Of a stretch of 64,000 nt of DNA, positions 23,301-36,982 are shown in pieces (position 1 is the first letter of the stretch; every line of letters begins with the position of its first letter). Below the pieces are notes generated by a model. That model searched no databases and was not told the origin of the DNA. It was given only the letters and a program-made list of their open reading frames with translations. Origin of the DNA: Squalus acanthias (lineage: Eukaryota); the NCBI GenBank assembly GCA_030390025.1, contig CM059433.1:17114001-17178000 (forward strand), in the 5' to 3' direction. Made by a program: the position numbers and the translations under genes.

Positions 23301-26300
23301 ACTAATAAGCAGATTTTGAAGCCGTTACATTGGTGAATGGATGGAGCAAATTATTTTAAGACTGCAAATAGTAAAAACCTGAATTTTAATGAGCAAAGCA
23401 GTGCAATAAGCATCCAAGAGTATCGTCATGATGTTTAGCTTTCAATAATGTGCAACAAAATGAAGATTGTGTTTGAAGCACTTGTTGAAATGACTTTCTA
23501 TATTTCTTTTCATTTCTGGAGCATAGTTAGGAGTTTTGCCCTTTGAAGATTCATGCAAATTTAAAGGACAGCGTCTTGATGAAAATGTTTTGGAGAAACT
23601 ATTTTTCATTTGTTTGGAAATGCAAAGCTTAGTGACATAAATGGACCGAGTGTCAATACATCATCGTCGTACCACTTACAAGCGAATCATTGTGATGAAA
23701 AAGATTCTTGACTGTTCTGCCTTGCCAAATAAAATAAATAAATTTGTCAAAAGTTAAATTGCCATGCATTTTTATGAAAGCGGTGGCCCATTTAAGAGGA
23801 TTATAATTGTTGAAAGTAGCAAATGCCACCTTGGGAGCAGCGTATTGTGTGCTGTTCTGATGGTGCTGACAGCAGCCATGGAAAAGTCTCCAAAGCTGCC
23901 ATCCCGATCCTGTCCTTCCAGCTGACAGACATCCCAGATGTGCAAGGGATGAAACCCCTTCATTCGAGGCTGCCTTAGTTGAAACTGTCTCACTTCAACA
24001 CAAGTGCTCTTGATGTGATTGCACCCAAAATAAGGGAGAAAGGCTGCTTTCTTTTGACTGCAAACACAACATTTATCAAAGTTAAAATACATGCCTTTTA
24101 GTTTGTTTTCTAATTTACCATTCTGATTGTTTATCAATTCCAGAAAATTGCTACAGACTGTTGAACGATATTTTGAAGCTTCAAATATTTTTCATCTAAT
24201 GCAGCATGAATTTACGAATAGTGTGCGGGTAGCCTATGGTAAAATGGCAAACTCCACGTCAGTATGGAAGAAGAAACACATTTGTGTACATATGCATAAC
24301 TATTTTATTTTGCTTTGAAACTTGCAAGCCCTGTAAATAGCTTTTATTCTATGCTGGATGCGAATCTGTAGCCTGAAATGGTATATGAATTGCGTAAATG
24401 TAATCTCATTATGGTTTATAAAAATGATGAATCAAAATAATAAAAAAATCTTTTTACATGATCAAGTACAAGTTTTACCACCATGACTCCTTTTAGAAAA
24501 AGAATTAACATACTTCATTTTTGTCTCTTTTATTTGAACAGGGATGTGGGATTTAGAAGAGTTGCTGTCTCTTGGAGAATTGAAACACCCCCAATTGCTG
24601 AATCATCTTGAGTTAATGACTTTCTTTCCTTTGGTGTTAATTCAGCTCCCTCGCACTGTCTGGATCAGTAACGCCTCTCATTCAAATTTCCTGTTAATGC
24701 CATAGCAGGGGAGCTGTTGAAACAAACAATATGGAAAATATATCAAAAAATATATCTACAAACAGGAATTTAACATTGATCATACATAATTCTTTGAGTT
24801 TTTTAAAATTATTTTTTAAAGGAGGGGCTGGATAGACTTGCACTTCAGCGTAACTGTTTGAGCGCTGCCATGATCCTGTACTTACAATGCCACACGATTA
24901 ATAGTCTTGTATTATTATTCTCATGCAATGTTAAAGTAATCTTTTAACTTTTTATTGAAATTAAGAACATTGAAAAGTTAAGTGGCAGATGAACACAACT
25001 CCCATAGTGTGAAAATAAAACGGGTATCTCATTAGGAGGTGGTCAAATACACTGAATATGAGAAGTCTATTTCTTGATACTGAATAGGTATGATTGCTAC
25101 ACTGTTTAAACCTATCTGGTATAAATGGTAAATAACATAGGAAGATGTAATAGGAATGCACATGAAGCTCTCTTTGTATTAGGGTAGGGTTCTGGGAGAA
25201 AGGGAAGACCAATTGGGGATGAGGTGAAATAAAATAAGCTAGCAGGATTGAAAATCATTAGAAAATGTTCTGCACATACTGTAACACTCGAGTGATGAAC
25301 CAAAAACAATACCCTGTGCAGTTTGGTCTTGGGACAAGGGAGGAATACACCTGATGGAAATGCTCAATTATCAATGTGCTGATTCTGCATAGGGTGATAG
25401 TTATCATTCTCATAAATATGCAGTGTTGTGTATTTGAACTAAAGAATGTGTTTTTTATCTCCCTTGGATGTTTTATTTTTACCTCCATAAATTTTATTTT
25501 GTTTTCAAAAGATGAAAGAAATAAACCAGAGTTAAGGGCCAGGGGGCTGGTACTGTGGTCCTAAGGATTTTTGGAGGAGAAGGTAAACTTGATGGCAATA
25601 GTCTTAATGATGCCCTCATACAGATGGTAATGGAACCAGTATATGGAGAGACTTCATTGGCTCATTTGTATTACTGGAAATTTGAAAGTAGAACCTGATG
25701 TATTTCTTTACTAACTGCTACTCAAATTACTATAGTGTAAATTGTGGTAAAAAACCCTGAATCTTTAATGATTTTGTTGACCTACTCCACATACACTGTA
25801 TATCCCACTTAAACTGATCATATGCATTTACTGGACAGCTTTATGACTGAAGCAGCTGATCAATTGACTACCAATCGGGTCAAACGTGAGTCTCTACGCT
25901 GTGTGTTACTCCACAGTGGTGAATTGCAACAATTTTTAACCAGGCTGCCGGATTGAATGCTGTACATTAGTATGATATTCTATCTGGTAGGAATGATGCC
26001 ATTGCTGTTGACCAATGGAAGACCACGAACAGTGATGGTGACGGTCCACTGTTCTGTCGGATTTCAAGTACCAACTGGATAAAGATGGATGTTTTGAGCT
26101 GCTTACAAAGGAAGAAAATAAAGAAAAAAATCTGAAGTGGAAAATGTATTTTTTAACTGTATTAATCCATTAACCAAATTCCAGCTTAAATTAATAAAAA
26201 TATTCTAAGATATGCCATCTTTTAACTCATGCATTCTTGAAAATATGGTGGAACGTTTGAGAACTTACTAGGCATAGTTAATTAGTGTCAGAAATCAGAA

Positions 26301-27033
26301 CTGATTATTTGCTTTAATGTGATCGGATTGGGAAGAGTCAACACGGATTTATGAAAGGGAAATCGTGTTTGACGAATCTGTTAGAGTTTTTTGAGGTTGT
26401 AACTAGCAGAATAGATAAGGGGGAACCAGTGGATGTGGTGTATTCGGATTTTCAGAAGGCATTCGATAAGGTGCCACACAAGAAGTTATTAAACAAAATG
26501 AAGGCTCATGGGATTGGGGGTAATATACTGGCATGGATTGAGGATTGGTTAATGAACAGAAAACCGAGAGTAGGAATAAACGGGTCGGTAGGCTGTAACT
26601 AGTGGGGTACCGCAAGGATCAGTGCTTGGACCTCAGCTATTCACAATCTATATCAGATTTGGATGAGGGGACCAAATGTAATTATCCAAGTTTGCTGATG
26701 ATACAAAGCTAGGTGGGAATGTAAGTTGTCAGGAGGATGCAAAGAGGCTTCAAGGGGATATAGACAAGCTAAGTGCGTGGGCAAGAACATGGCAAATGCA
26801 ATATAATGTGGAGAAATGTGAAGTTATCCACTTTGGTAGGAAAAATAGAAAGGCAGAGTATTTTTTAAATGGTGAGAGATTGGGAAATGTTGGTGTTCAG
26901 AGGGACCTGGGTGTCCTTGTACACGAATCACTGAAAGTTAACATAGAAACATAGAAGATAGGAGCAGGAGTAGGTCATTCGGCCCCTCGAGCCTGCTCCG
27001 CCATTCGATGAGATCATGGCTGATCATCCAAAC

Positions 27034-29241
27034 TCAGTACCCTGTACCTGCCTTCTCCCCATATCCCTTGATACCTTTAGCTTTAAGAAATATATCTAAC
27101 TCATTCTTGAATATATTTAATGACTTGGCCTCAACTACCTTCTGTGGTAGAGAATTCCACAGGTTCACCACTCTCTGGGTGAAGAAATTCTTCCTCATTT
27201 CTGTCCTAAATGGCTTACCCGTTATCCTTAGATTATGACCCCTGGTTCTGGACTCTCCGACCATCGGGAACATTCTTCCTGCATCTAGTTGGTCCAGACC
27301 TGTCAGAATTTTATATGTTTCGATGAGATCCCCTCTCATTCTTCTATACTCCAGTGAGTATAAGCCCAATCGACCCAATCTCTCCTCATATGTCATTCCT
27401 GCCATCCCAGGTATCAGCCTTGTGAATCTTCGCTGAACTCCTTCCACGGCAAGAACAGCCTTCCTCAGATAAGGCGACCAAAACTGCACACAGTACTCAA
27501 GGTGTGGTCTCACCAAGGCCCTGTACAACTGCAGCAGGACATCCCTGTTCCTATACTCAAACCCTTTCGCTATGAAGGCCAACATACCATTTGCCTTCTT
27601 CACCGCCTGCTGCACCTGCATGCTTACTTTCAGCGACTGGTGCACAAGGACACCCAGGTCTCGTTGCACTTCCCCTTCTCCCAATCTATTGCCATTCAGA
27701 TAATAGTCTGCCTTTCTGTTTTTGACACCAAAGTGGATAACCTCGCACTTATCCACGTTATATTGCATCTGCCACGCTTCTGCCCACTCACCCAACCTGT
27801 CCAAATCATCCTGGAGTTTCTCGGTATTCTCCTCGCAGCACACACGCCCACCCAGCTTTGTGTCATCTGCAAACTTGGAGATATTACATTTAGTTCCCTT
27901 ATCTAGATCATGAATGTATATTGTGAATAGCTGGGGTCCAAGGACCGATCCCTGCGGTACCCCACTAGTCACTGCTTGCCACTCGGAAAAAGACCCATTA
28001 ATTCCTACTCTCTGCTTTCTGTCCGCCAACCAGTTCTCTATCCAAGTCAATACCTTGCCCCCAATCCCATGTGCCTTAACTTTACACGCTAATCTCTTAT
28101 GCGGGACCTTATCGAAAGCCTTTTGAAAGTCCAAATACACCACATCTACTGGTTCTCCCTTATCTATTTTCCCAGTTACATCCTCAAAAAATTCCAGTAG
28201 ATTAGTCAAGCACGATTTACCTTTTGTAAATCCATGTTGACTTTGTCCGATCCTGTCACTGTTTTTCAAATGCTCAGCTATTACATCCTTTATAATGGAC
28301 TCTAGCATTTTCCCCACTACCGATGTCAGGCTTACCGGTCTGTAATTCCCCGCTTTCTCTCTACCACCCTTTTTGAATAGTGGGGTAACATTAGCTACCC
28401 TCCAATCCATGGGTACAGTTCCAGATTCCATTGAATGTTGGAAGATGATCAGCAATGCATCTACTATTTCTAGGGCCACTTCCTTAAGTACCCTAGGATG
28501 TAGATTATCAGGCCCTGGGGATTTATCGGCCTTCAATCCCGTCAATTTCCCTAACACCATTTCCCTGCAAATACTGATTTCTTTCAGTTCCTCCCTTTCA
28601 TCAGACCGTATGTTCTCCAACATCTCTGGAAGGTTATTTGTGTCCTCCTTTGTGAAGACAGAACCAAAATATGCATTTAATTGGTCTGCCATTTCTTTGT
28701 TCCCCATTATAACTTCCCCCGCTTCTGACTGCAAGGGACCTACACTTGATTTCGCTAATCTTTTTCTCTTCACATATCTATAAAAGCTCTTACAGTCAGT
28801 TTTTATGTTCCCAGCAAGCTTACTTTCATATTCTATTTTCCCCTTCTTAATTAATCCCTTTGTCCTCCTTTGTTGAATCCTAAACTGCTCCCAATCCTCA
28901 GGGCTACCGCTTTTTCTGGCCAATTTATATGCCCTCTCCTTGGATCTTATGCTATCCCTAATTTCCCTTGTTAGCCACGGTTGAGTCACCCTTTTTGTTT
29001 TATTCTTATGCCACACTGGGATGAACAAATTCTGTAGTTCATCCATGCAGTCTTTGAATGTTTGCCATTGCCTATCCACCATCAACCCCTTGAGTGACAT
29101 TCCCCAATCAATCCTACCCAATTCACACCTCAGACCATCGTAGTTTCCTTTATTTAAATTCAGGACCCTAGTCTCTGATTCAACTACTTCACTCTCCATC
29201 CTAATGAAGAATTCTATCATATTATGATCACTCTGACCCAA
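27034..29241 (-). CDS. CR1 ORF2 (reverse transcriptase), partial open frame of 735 aa
   Basis: KSPGPD, NYRPVSLTS, QHGF, YLDFQKAFDKV, SGVPQGSVLGP, KFADDTKL. Confidence 0.9.
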   Translation of the reverse strand: MGQSDHNMIEFFIRMESEVVESETRVLNLNKGNYDGLRCELGRIDWGMSLKGLMVDRQWQTFKDCMDELQNLFIPVWHKNKTKRVTQPWLTREIRDSIRSKERAYKLARKSGSPEDWEQFRIQQRRTKGLIKKGKIEYESKLAGNIKTDCKSFYRYVKRKRLAKSSVGPLQSEAGEVIMGNKEMADQLNAYFGSVFTKEDTNNLPEMLENIRSDEREELKEISICREMVLGKLTGLKADKSPGPDNLHPRVLKEVALEIVDALLIIFQHSMESGTVPMDWRVANVTPLFKKGGREKAGNYRPVSLTSVVGKMLESIIKDVIAEHLKNSDRIGQSQHGFTKGKSCLTNLLEFFEDVTGKIDKGEPVDVVYLDFQKAFDKVPHKRLACKVKAHGIGGKVLTWIENWLADRKQRVGINGSFSEWQAVTSGVPQGSVLGPQLFTIYIHDLDKGTKCNISKFADDTKLGGRVCCEENTEKLQDDLDRLGEWAEAWQMQYNVDKCEVIHFGVKNRKADYYLNGNRLGEGEVQRDLGVLVHQSLKVSMQVQQAVKKANGMLAFIAKGFEYRNRDVLLQLYRALVRPHLEYCVQFWSPYLRKAVLAVEGVQRRFTRLIPGMAGMTYEERLGRLGLYSLEYRRMRGDLIETYKILTGLDQLDAGRMFPMVGESRTRGHNLRITGKPFRTEMRKNFFTQRVVNLWNSLPQKVVEAKSLNIFKNELDIFLKAKGIKGYGEKAGTGY

Positions 29242-29414
29242 GGGGCCTCATACAACAAGATTGCTAATTAATCCTTTCTCATTACATAATACCCAGACTA
29301 AGATGGCCTGATCTCTGGTTGGTTCCTCAACATATTATTCCAGAAAACCATCTCGTAAACATTCTAGGAATTCCTCCTCCACAGTATTTTTAATAATTTG
29401 GTTAGCCCAATCTA

Positions 29415-29778
29415 CAGGAAACTCTTTATTAACCGGCACCGACGGGACCGGCGTGGTGCCGGTTTATCAAAAAGTCCGGATAACAGAGAGTTATATCTAC
29501 CAACGTACGAGAGCCCCGTACACATTGACATGCTCCTGCATTCAGAGCTCCGTCTCCCCGGGGACTGCCAGCTGACCATCTGTCGTGTCCGCTGCCTACC
29601 CGGGCTGCACATTCCCCTCCCAATCTACACGCTCCGATACAAGGCAAACGCCTCGGGGTTTTTTTTTAAGTTAATCTTAAACGAGAGATGAAGGAAAACC
29701 CCGGTTACCTACTCAAGAATTTTGCCGGTTAAGAGAGATTTCCGGATATTTGGGTGCCGGCTAATAAAGAGTTTCCTG
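29415..29778. mobile_element. 364-bp MITE, Tc1/mariner-pogo (Tigger-like) type
   Basis: 26-bp TIR CAGGAAACTCTTTATTA(A/G)CCGGCACC with one mismatch. TA duplication at 29413-14 and 29779-80. The empty site is visible in the sister CR1 near 42115-42130. Confidence 0.9.
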
Positions 29779-32599
29779 TATATGTAAATTAAAGTCACCC
29801 ATGATAACTGCTGTGCCCTTACTGCATGCTTCTCTAATTTCCCTTTTAATGCCGTCCCCAACCTCCGTATTACTGTTTGGAGGTCTATATACCACTCCCA
29901 CTAACGTTTTCTGCCCCTTGTTATTTCTCAGTTCTACCCATATAGATTCCGCATCATCAGAGCTAATATCCTTCCTTTCAATTGTGTTAATCCCCTCTTT
30001 AACCAGCAATGCTACCCCACCTCCCTTTCTTTTTTGCCTATCTTTCCTAAATATTGAATAACCCTGGATGTTGAGCTCTCAGCCTTGGCCACCCTGGAGC
30101 CATGTTTCTGTAATCCCAATCAAATCGTATTCATTTACCTCTATTTGCGCAGCTAATTCATCCACCTTGTTCCGAATGCTCCTTGCATTAAGACACAGCC
30201 TTCAGGCTTGTTTTTTTAACACTCTCAGACCTATATGAATTATTATGAACATGCAGGTACAGCAAGCAATTAGGAAAGCAAATGGTATGTTGGCCTTTAT
30301 TACAAGAAGATTTGAGTATAAGAGTAAAGCTGTCTTACTGCAATTATATAGGGCCCTGGTGAGACCACCCTGGAGTATTGTGTACAGTTTTGATCTCCTT
30401 ACCTAAGGAAGGATATACTTGCCATAGAAGGGAGTGCAACGAAGGTTCACCAGACTGATTCCTAGAATGGAGGGATTGTCCTATGAGGAGGGAGTGAGTA
30501 GACTAGGCCTATATTCTCTAGAGTTTAGAAGAATGAGAGGTGATCTCATTGAAACATACAAAATTCTTACAGGGCTTGACAGGGTAGATGCAGGGAGGAT
30601 GTTTCCCCTGGCTGGGGAGTCTAGAACCAGGGGTCACAGTCTCAGAATAAGGGGTCGGCCATTTAGGACTGAGATGAGAAATTTCTTCACTCAGAGGGTG
30701 GTGAATCTTTGGAATTCTCTACCCCAGAGGGCTGTGGAGGCTCAGTCGTTGAGTATATTCAAGACAGAGATCAATAGATTTTTGGATATTAAGGGAATCA
30801 AGGGATATGGGGATAGTGCAGGAAAGTGGAGATGAGGTAGAAGATCAGCCATGATCTTATAGAATGCTGGAGCAGGCTCGAAGGGCCAAATGGCCCACTC
30901 CTCTTATTTCTTATGTTCTTATGTGCTGTGGTCTTTTAACATTTTATTTGAGAACAGTTAAGTACAAGGATAGATTACAATAAGTGACTAACCTCTTTAA
31001 TTTTATACTCCAATAAACTAGTTAGTAAAGAACTAATGTGGTTATGAAGAATAAATGTAAATGACCATATACCCTTGCATATACCGAGATCCTTGTATAT
31101 AATGACTTCCCTCCTTTCCAGCCAAAAATCTATGATCCGTGTATAAGTTCAATCAGTCATTGAGCAGGAAAGTTTACTTCAATATGTGCTGAATGTTCCA
31201 TACATTTCTACTGCTGCACACAGGAAGCAGGGGCTGGAGTATGTAAAATAGACAGGAAAGCAGGACCTGGCCAGCAGCTGCTGGGTGCACTCCCCAAAAT
31301 AGGACATTACTATGACATTACACCACAATGTCTCGTCTGCAAGACGATGACCCTATTTTCAACTTGCATTGAATGGCCTAAATTTCTAGTCTTATACTTG
31401 AGCTTGTACAGTATATTTTACTATATTATAACAGCGCAAAACACTAAATTTAATTGGTTGAAGACAGAAGTAGCATTTATGTTGGCACAGTGCCATGAAG
31501 CGTTCATGTCCACACAGCCAACTTTCTGATTTTAGTTGTTTCACTGTGGGACTGGGCTGTAGCTGGCAAAATAAATTTTGTACATCTGGCGTAACCTGTG
31601 ATTCTGTAATCTTTCGACTTCACACTATAACCTTTAGTACTGCCAACTCATGCAGTTCATTCAGTGAAGTTTATCATGGTATAGTTTGAATATGTGATTT
31701 AAATTCTCTACTTAGGTTATTTTTTCTCCAATTCATAATACTGTATTATTTCTTACATGACCAATATGCGATCTGGGTATGCACACCCAAATGGTTTGTT
31801 CCTGCTGCTCCATGTCCAAGTTGAATAGTTTACCTGCCACAATGTTCCTGGTCTGCTACTGGCTCATCTTGCTTGATGACTGCAATTTTCCATATTCTTC
31901 TTAGACATTTATAACCCATTTGATTACTACTGATTTTCTTATTATTATTTTTAGCCATCCTCAGGTCCTTTTGCTTATTACCAGTTTTCTTCTTTGTCCT
32001 GTTTTAATCCTCCTCAAGGTTCTTTTGCTTATCTTTGACTAAGTTAAACACCTGCAGGCTTGGTTGCCCTCTTCTGTCCCATTTGTTTATAACAGCGATC
32101 TTCCAATCCAGACAGTTATTATCTGTTCTTTCTTTGAGCAGATATTTATGTTCCAATTATTATAGTTTGAACATTGGGACTCTGTTTAACCCAGACATTC
32201 AGGAGTGACCTATCTTCCCTCATTGTTAGCTTTCTCAAGTTTCCTTTTATGATTTTTTTCAATGTTAAATGTTTTTCTCCAAGGATGCTTCTAAACAGCT
32301 TTCTATATCTTCAGGGTTACCCATTTCATAGATTCTTGTCTGACAGTTCAAAGGTGCCTCTCATATGTTTTACAGCATAAGGGAAAGTAATCCCCTTATG
32401 AAAGATCGGACACAGAGTTCAAGCACTTGTTCTTGCAGTTCACAACTAGCTTTAAGTAATACAATTATTTTAACCAAATACAAATAAGCAATGCAAAACA
32501 CAATGCAAAATACAATTTTATAAATCGCAACAGTGGTCCAGAGTCGGAAGATGGTATCTGGGATGTGACAAGTTGCAGTGCTAGTATAGAACGAGGTTA

Positions 32600-32990
32600 T
32601 GGAAGGAGTTGCAGAGGGAGATTTTGAAATCCATACACAAGGGGAATAACTATAGCCTTGGGACATGTCGGAGGGGACTGTGCAGACACAGAAGGAAAAA
32701 CCATTCCAAGAGATGACGCTGGCTACATTTTGACAGCTAGAAATGGAACAGTAGGAGTGGACCACAGAGCAGAAGTGGTGGAGGAGGAGGAGGAGGAGGA
32801 GGAGGAGGGAGTAGTCGAGCATATCAAAGCCTGCAGAGTGGTCTTTGAGGAATAACACACTATGGTCACAGTCATACAGGATATCATTGATGACTTTGAC
32901 TAGGTCCGTGGGGAGCATGATATCATGCTTTGGTCCAGAGGAGCAGGTTTTGGTGAGGAAGCTGGGCAGAGTAGTTTTTTGAAATATGGA
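32600..32990 (-). mobile_element. L2 LINE RT relic containing a (GAG)n microsatellite (~32779-32810)
   Basis: LVKVINDILYDCDHSVLFLKDHSAGFDMLDYS matches the L2 motif LxKVxNDIL...DLSAAFDTVDH. Confidence 0.7.
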
Positions 32991-35609
32991 GGATAAGGGT
33001 AAAAGCTACCAAAGAAACAAACATGAGATTAACTAGCAAAGTACTTAAGAGTGCATAGAAATTTAATAATTTGAATACGGATTGGGGACTGATGAAAGTT
33101 CAAAATGTAGTCATATTTTGGATATATTTTTAACATCTTATGCGATTGAAGTTAAGATGTATCTTATTACGGTTTTTGTAACATCCAGTCTGGCTGCTGG
33201 GCTCCCCACTGTCTGGAAGGATATCCTTTGATCAATTGTCAAAGAGTTTGTTGCCTTAAATCTAATGAACTAGAATGAAGCTATGTACGGGATGATGCCC
33301 ACTTAAGGCATCATTGAGTAATAAATTATTAGTATAGTTCAGCATTTTGTACTCATTACATTTTAAAAAGGATTCATATTATGGCTATTGTTTGTATCAT
33401 TGTATTTTGTGTAACTTGCTGAGTCGTGCCTCCGGAATTGCTCAACAAAATCTTGAATGCGACCATTGCACTCTTTGTGGACAGTTTCATTTTAAGGTTA
33501 ACTTGGAATAAAACGTCAAAGAGAATTTGTGCTTATAAACTATATGGTTTTTCTGCAATGGAGAGGCTCTTGCAGATCATGTTGAACCCTAAAGCGTGGT
33601 ATTCTAAATGTATTCTCCAGGAAACTTGGAAAGCTTTTTCTGCCGGAGAGGAGCTGTGTTAAGCAAATTGGTGCTTCAGTGGACTTTCAGTGTGTGTGAA
33701 AATATTGTTTTGTGCTCTGTAGTGTTTGACTTCTTCTAATATGAATGCTTATTTAATTTCTGTATCCTTCCCTGTTTGAAATAAATATTACAGTAATCTT
33801 AGCCTGAAAACGTTTTGATAGTGTAATAATATCTGTCCCGTGGAGTAGTTGCAAACACTGGGTGTGCCTATGGCAAAGTCCATATTAATTTGATTGCAGT
33901 GGGTGAATCATCAGAGTGGGCATGTAACCTTTAAGGATAGAATGTGTAAGATATATCTTTAATAATCATGGGGGAGGAAGTGCTACACAACTATTAAAAG
34001 AGAAAACAATACTTTAAAAGCATGAATTGTCGCAGAGGCTGCGTCACCTATAGGTTATGCAGTTAGCACTGCTCAACATTCATTTTCCAATATCCTTTCT
34101 GTACCTGCATCATGTAACTCCTAATCCAGTACATCTTTTCATGTACACAAATGAAAAATTAGATTTATATCAAAAGACTCCATCAAGAGCATCATGTTCT
34201 ATATGCACAACTTGTTTCCCACAATTTGTACATAACTTCATTCTGGGGAATGAAGTGGAGCATGTTTCAGTGGGGGTTATTTGGGGAACAGTGATCATAA
34301 TATCAGGTTTAGAATAGTTATGGAAAAGGACAAGCAACAATCAAGCATAAAAATACTTAACTGGAGGAGGGCCAAGGAGGGCTGTGGCCCAGGTGCATTG
34401 GAATCAACATTTGGTAGACCTTCTTGTGGCGACAGAGGGCATAGCTGAGGTACTAAATGAGTACTTTGCATCTGTCTTCACTAGACAAGAGGATGCTGCC
34501 AGCGTAACAGTAAAGGGGGGAGGTAGTAGCGATATTGGATAGGATAAAAATAGTTAAAGAGGAGGTACTTAAAAGGTTGGCAGTACTCAAAGTGGATAAG
34601 TCACCTGGTTCAGATGGGTTGCTGAGGGAAGTAAGGGTGGAAATTGTGGGGTCACTAGCCAAAATTTTCTAATCCTCCTTGGATATGGGGGTGGTGCCAG
34701 AGGACTGGAGGATTGCAATTGTTACCCCACTGTTCAAAAAAGGGGAGAGGGATAAACCTGGCAATTACAGGCAAGTCAGCCTAGTGTAAGTGGTGGTTAA
34801 CCTTTTAGAGACGATAATCCGGGACAAGTTTAATTGGCACTTGGAAAAGTATGGGCTAATAAATAAAAGTCAGCAACAATTTGTTACAGGCAAATAGTGT
34901 TTGACTAACTTTTGATTGAGTTCTTTGATGAAGTAACGGAGAGGGTTGATGAGAGTATAGCGGTTGATGTGTACATGGACTTTCAAAAGGCGTTTGACAA
35001 AGTACCACTTAATAGACTTGTTAGCAAAATTAAAACCCATGGGATGAAAGGGACAGTGGTAGAATGGTTACGAACTTGGCTAAGGGCAGAAAGCAGATAG
35101 TAGTGTTGAATGGTTGTTTTTTAGACCAGAGGGAAGTATACAGTGGTGTTCCCCAGGTGTCGGCATTAAGGCATAGAGTACAAAAGCTCTTTGATTTATA
35201 TTAATGGCCTGCACTTGGGTATACATGTCATAATTTGAAAGTTTGCAGATGACACAAAACTCGGAAATGTAGTAAACAAAGAGAAGAATAATAACAGACT
35301 TCAGGAGGACATAGACAGACTAGTGAAATGGGCAGATACATGGCAAGATGAAATTTAATGCAGAGAAGTATAAAATGATGCATTTTGGTAGGAAGAATGA
35401 GGGGAAGCAATATAAACTAAGTGATACAATTTTAAAGGGGGTGCAGGAACAGAGAAACCTGGGACTTTTGAATGTGGCAGGACAAGTTGAAAAGACTGTT
35501 AAAAGAGCATATGGGATCCTTGGATTTATTAATAGAGGCATAGAGTACAAAAGCAAGGAAGTTACGCTAAACCTTTATAAAACACTAGTTAGGCCCCAAC
35601 TGGAGTATT

Positions 35610-36240
35610 CATAGAATCATAGAAATTTATGGCACAGAAGGAGGCCATTCGGCCCATCATGTCTGTGCCGGCCGCAAAAGAGTTATCCAGCCTAATCCCA
35701 CTTCCAGTCACAAATGCACGCATCGACCATTACCCTTTGCTTCCTGCCACTGAGCCAATTTTGGATGCAACTTGCCACTTTCCCTTGGATCCCATGGGCT
35801 TTTACTTTTCTGACCAGTCTGCCATGTGGGACCTTGTCAAAAGCCTTGCTAAAATCCATGTAGACTACATCAAACATACTACCCTCTGCGCCCTCCTTGT
35901 TACCTCCTCCAAGTTGGTCAGCAATGACCTTCCCTTAACAAATCCATGCTGACTGTCCTTGATAATCTTTGGTTTCCTAAATGACAATTAATACTGTCCC
36001 TCAGAATTTTTTCCAGTAATTTGCCCACCACCGAGGTTAGGCTAACTGGCCTGTAATTACTCGGCTTATCCCTTTCTCCCTTTTTAAACAATGGTACAAC
36101 GTTAGCAGTCCTTCAGTCTTTTGGCACCACACCTGTAGCTAGAGAGGATTGAAAAATGACGGTCAGAGCCTCTGCTATTTCCTCCCTTGCTTCTCTTAGC
36201 CTGCGATACATTTCAGCCGGGCCTGGTGATTTATCTACTT
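35610..36240 (-). mobile_element. CR1 copy with internal deletion (mid-RT fused to 3' tail)
   Basis: ORF 35692..35877 (DVVYMDFSKAFDKVPHGRL) directly abuts the CATAGAAT tail at 35610-35705. Confidence 0.8.
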
Positions 36241-36982
36241 ACTGTGTTGAACTTTGGGCACAACTCGTTAGGAAGGATGTCAAGGCCCGAGAGAAGGTGT
36301 AGAGCTTGGGCACAGAGCTGAGTGGATCTCAAGCAGAGTGGAAGCTGCAAATTTGGTGATAGTAGGAATTCTGTGGAGAGGAGGAAGGCGGGTTCTCACG
36401 CCCAACTCAAAAGCAATGGAGCCGTAGAACCCTAGGATTCTAAGATAAGTATCTTGCTATCTAATATTTCGGTTCCGTGGGGGAAACATTTGTTAACTTA
36501 GTGCCGCTCGTTAGTGCCAGCAGATGGCGCTAATAGGACGCTTACGCATTATCACCGGGGTTAGACGAATCCAACGGCGCCCGACAAATACGGCCCCTCC
36601 CTGCAGCGCTGCCGCTAACAGTTATCGCTGCGAGCTTCAACGCCAGGTGGATCGTGACGTCAGTGAGTGTGCAATGCTCACTGACTGTCTGATCTGTGAA
36701 ATTGATTGTCGCCACCTACCTTAGCACCTGGAGTAAAGAGTGACAGGGAGAGCTGGCGTGAAGCACCAGGAAGCTGGCCCCAGGGATGTTATTTAAAGGG
36801 ATCATCAATAATGAGTTGCAGCTGTAGGTTAGTGGAGTTTCAGTGCTTTCTTGTCAGTTTCACATAGTCCAACAGTCTAATTCCGTAATGTCAAGGTTAT
36901 TTAGTATTAGGTGTGTTGTGACAACTGAAAAGTAGCTACATTTATTCTTACAAAAATGAAACTGCTACACTTGGTTACAGTA

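Larger units (their letters stand above)
26944..30246 (-). mobile_element. Young CR1 LINE, nearly complete ORF2 region
   Basis: Endonuclease motifs at 30100-29780, then a MITE insertion, a TAA stop near 29336, a 735-aa open frame and the 3' tail. Confidence 0.95.
26325..30924 (+). mobile_element. CR1 LINE split into 26325-26943 and 30247-30924 by a nested CR1
   Basis: ORFs 26351..26602 and 30434..30835. The halves rejoin as CTGAAAGTT-AACAT-GCAGGTACAG, with AACAT at both junctions. Confidence 0.9.

Noticed and set aside
27502..28783. Recurrent ORFs antisense to CR1 ORF2 (MWSHQG..., MTPKWITSH..., MNSGVTLA...)
   Set aside because: They recur only because the CR1 copies are near-identical; no independent coding evidence.
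32370..32918. 182-aa ORF with a poly-Leu stretch resembling a signal or TM segment
   Set aside because: Decayed L2 RT plus a (GAG)n microsatellite.
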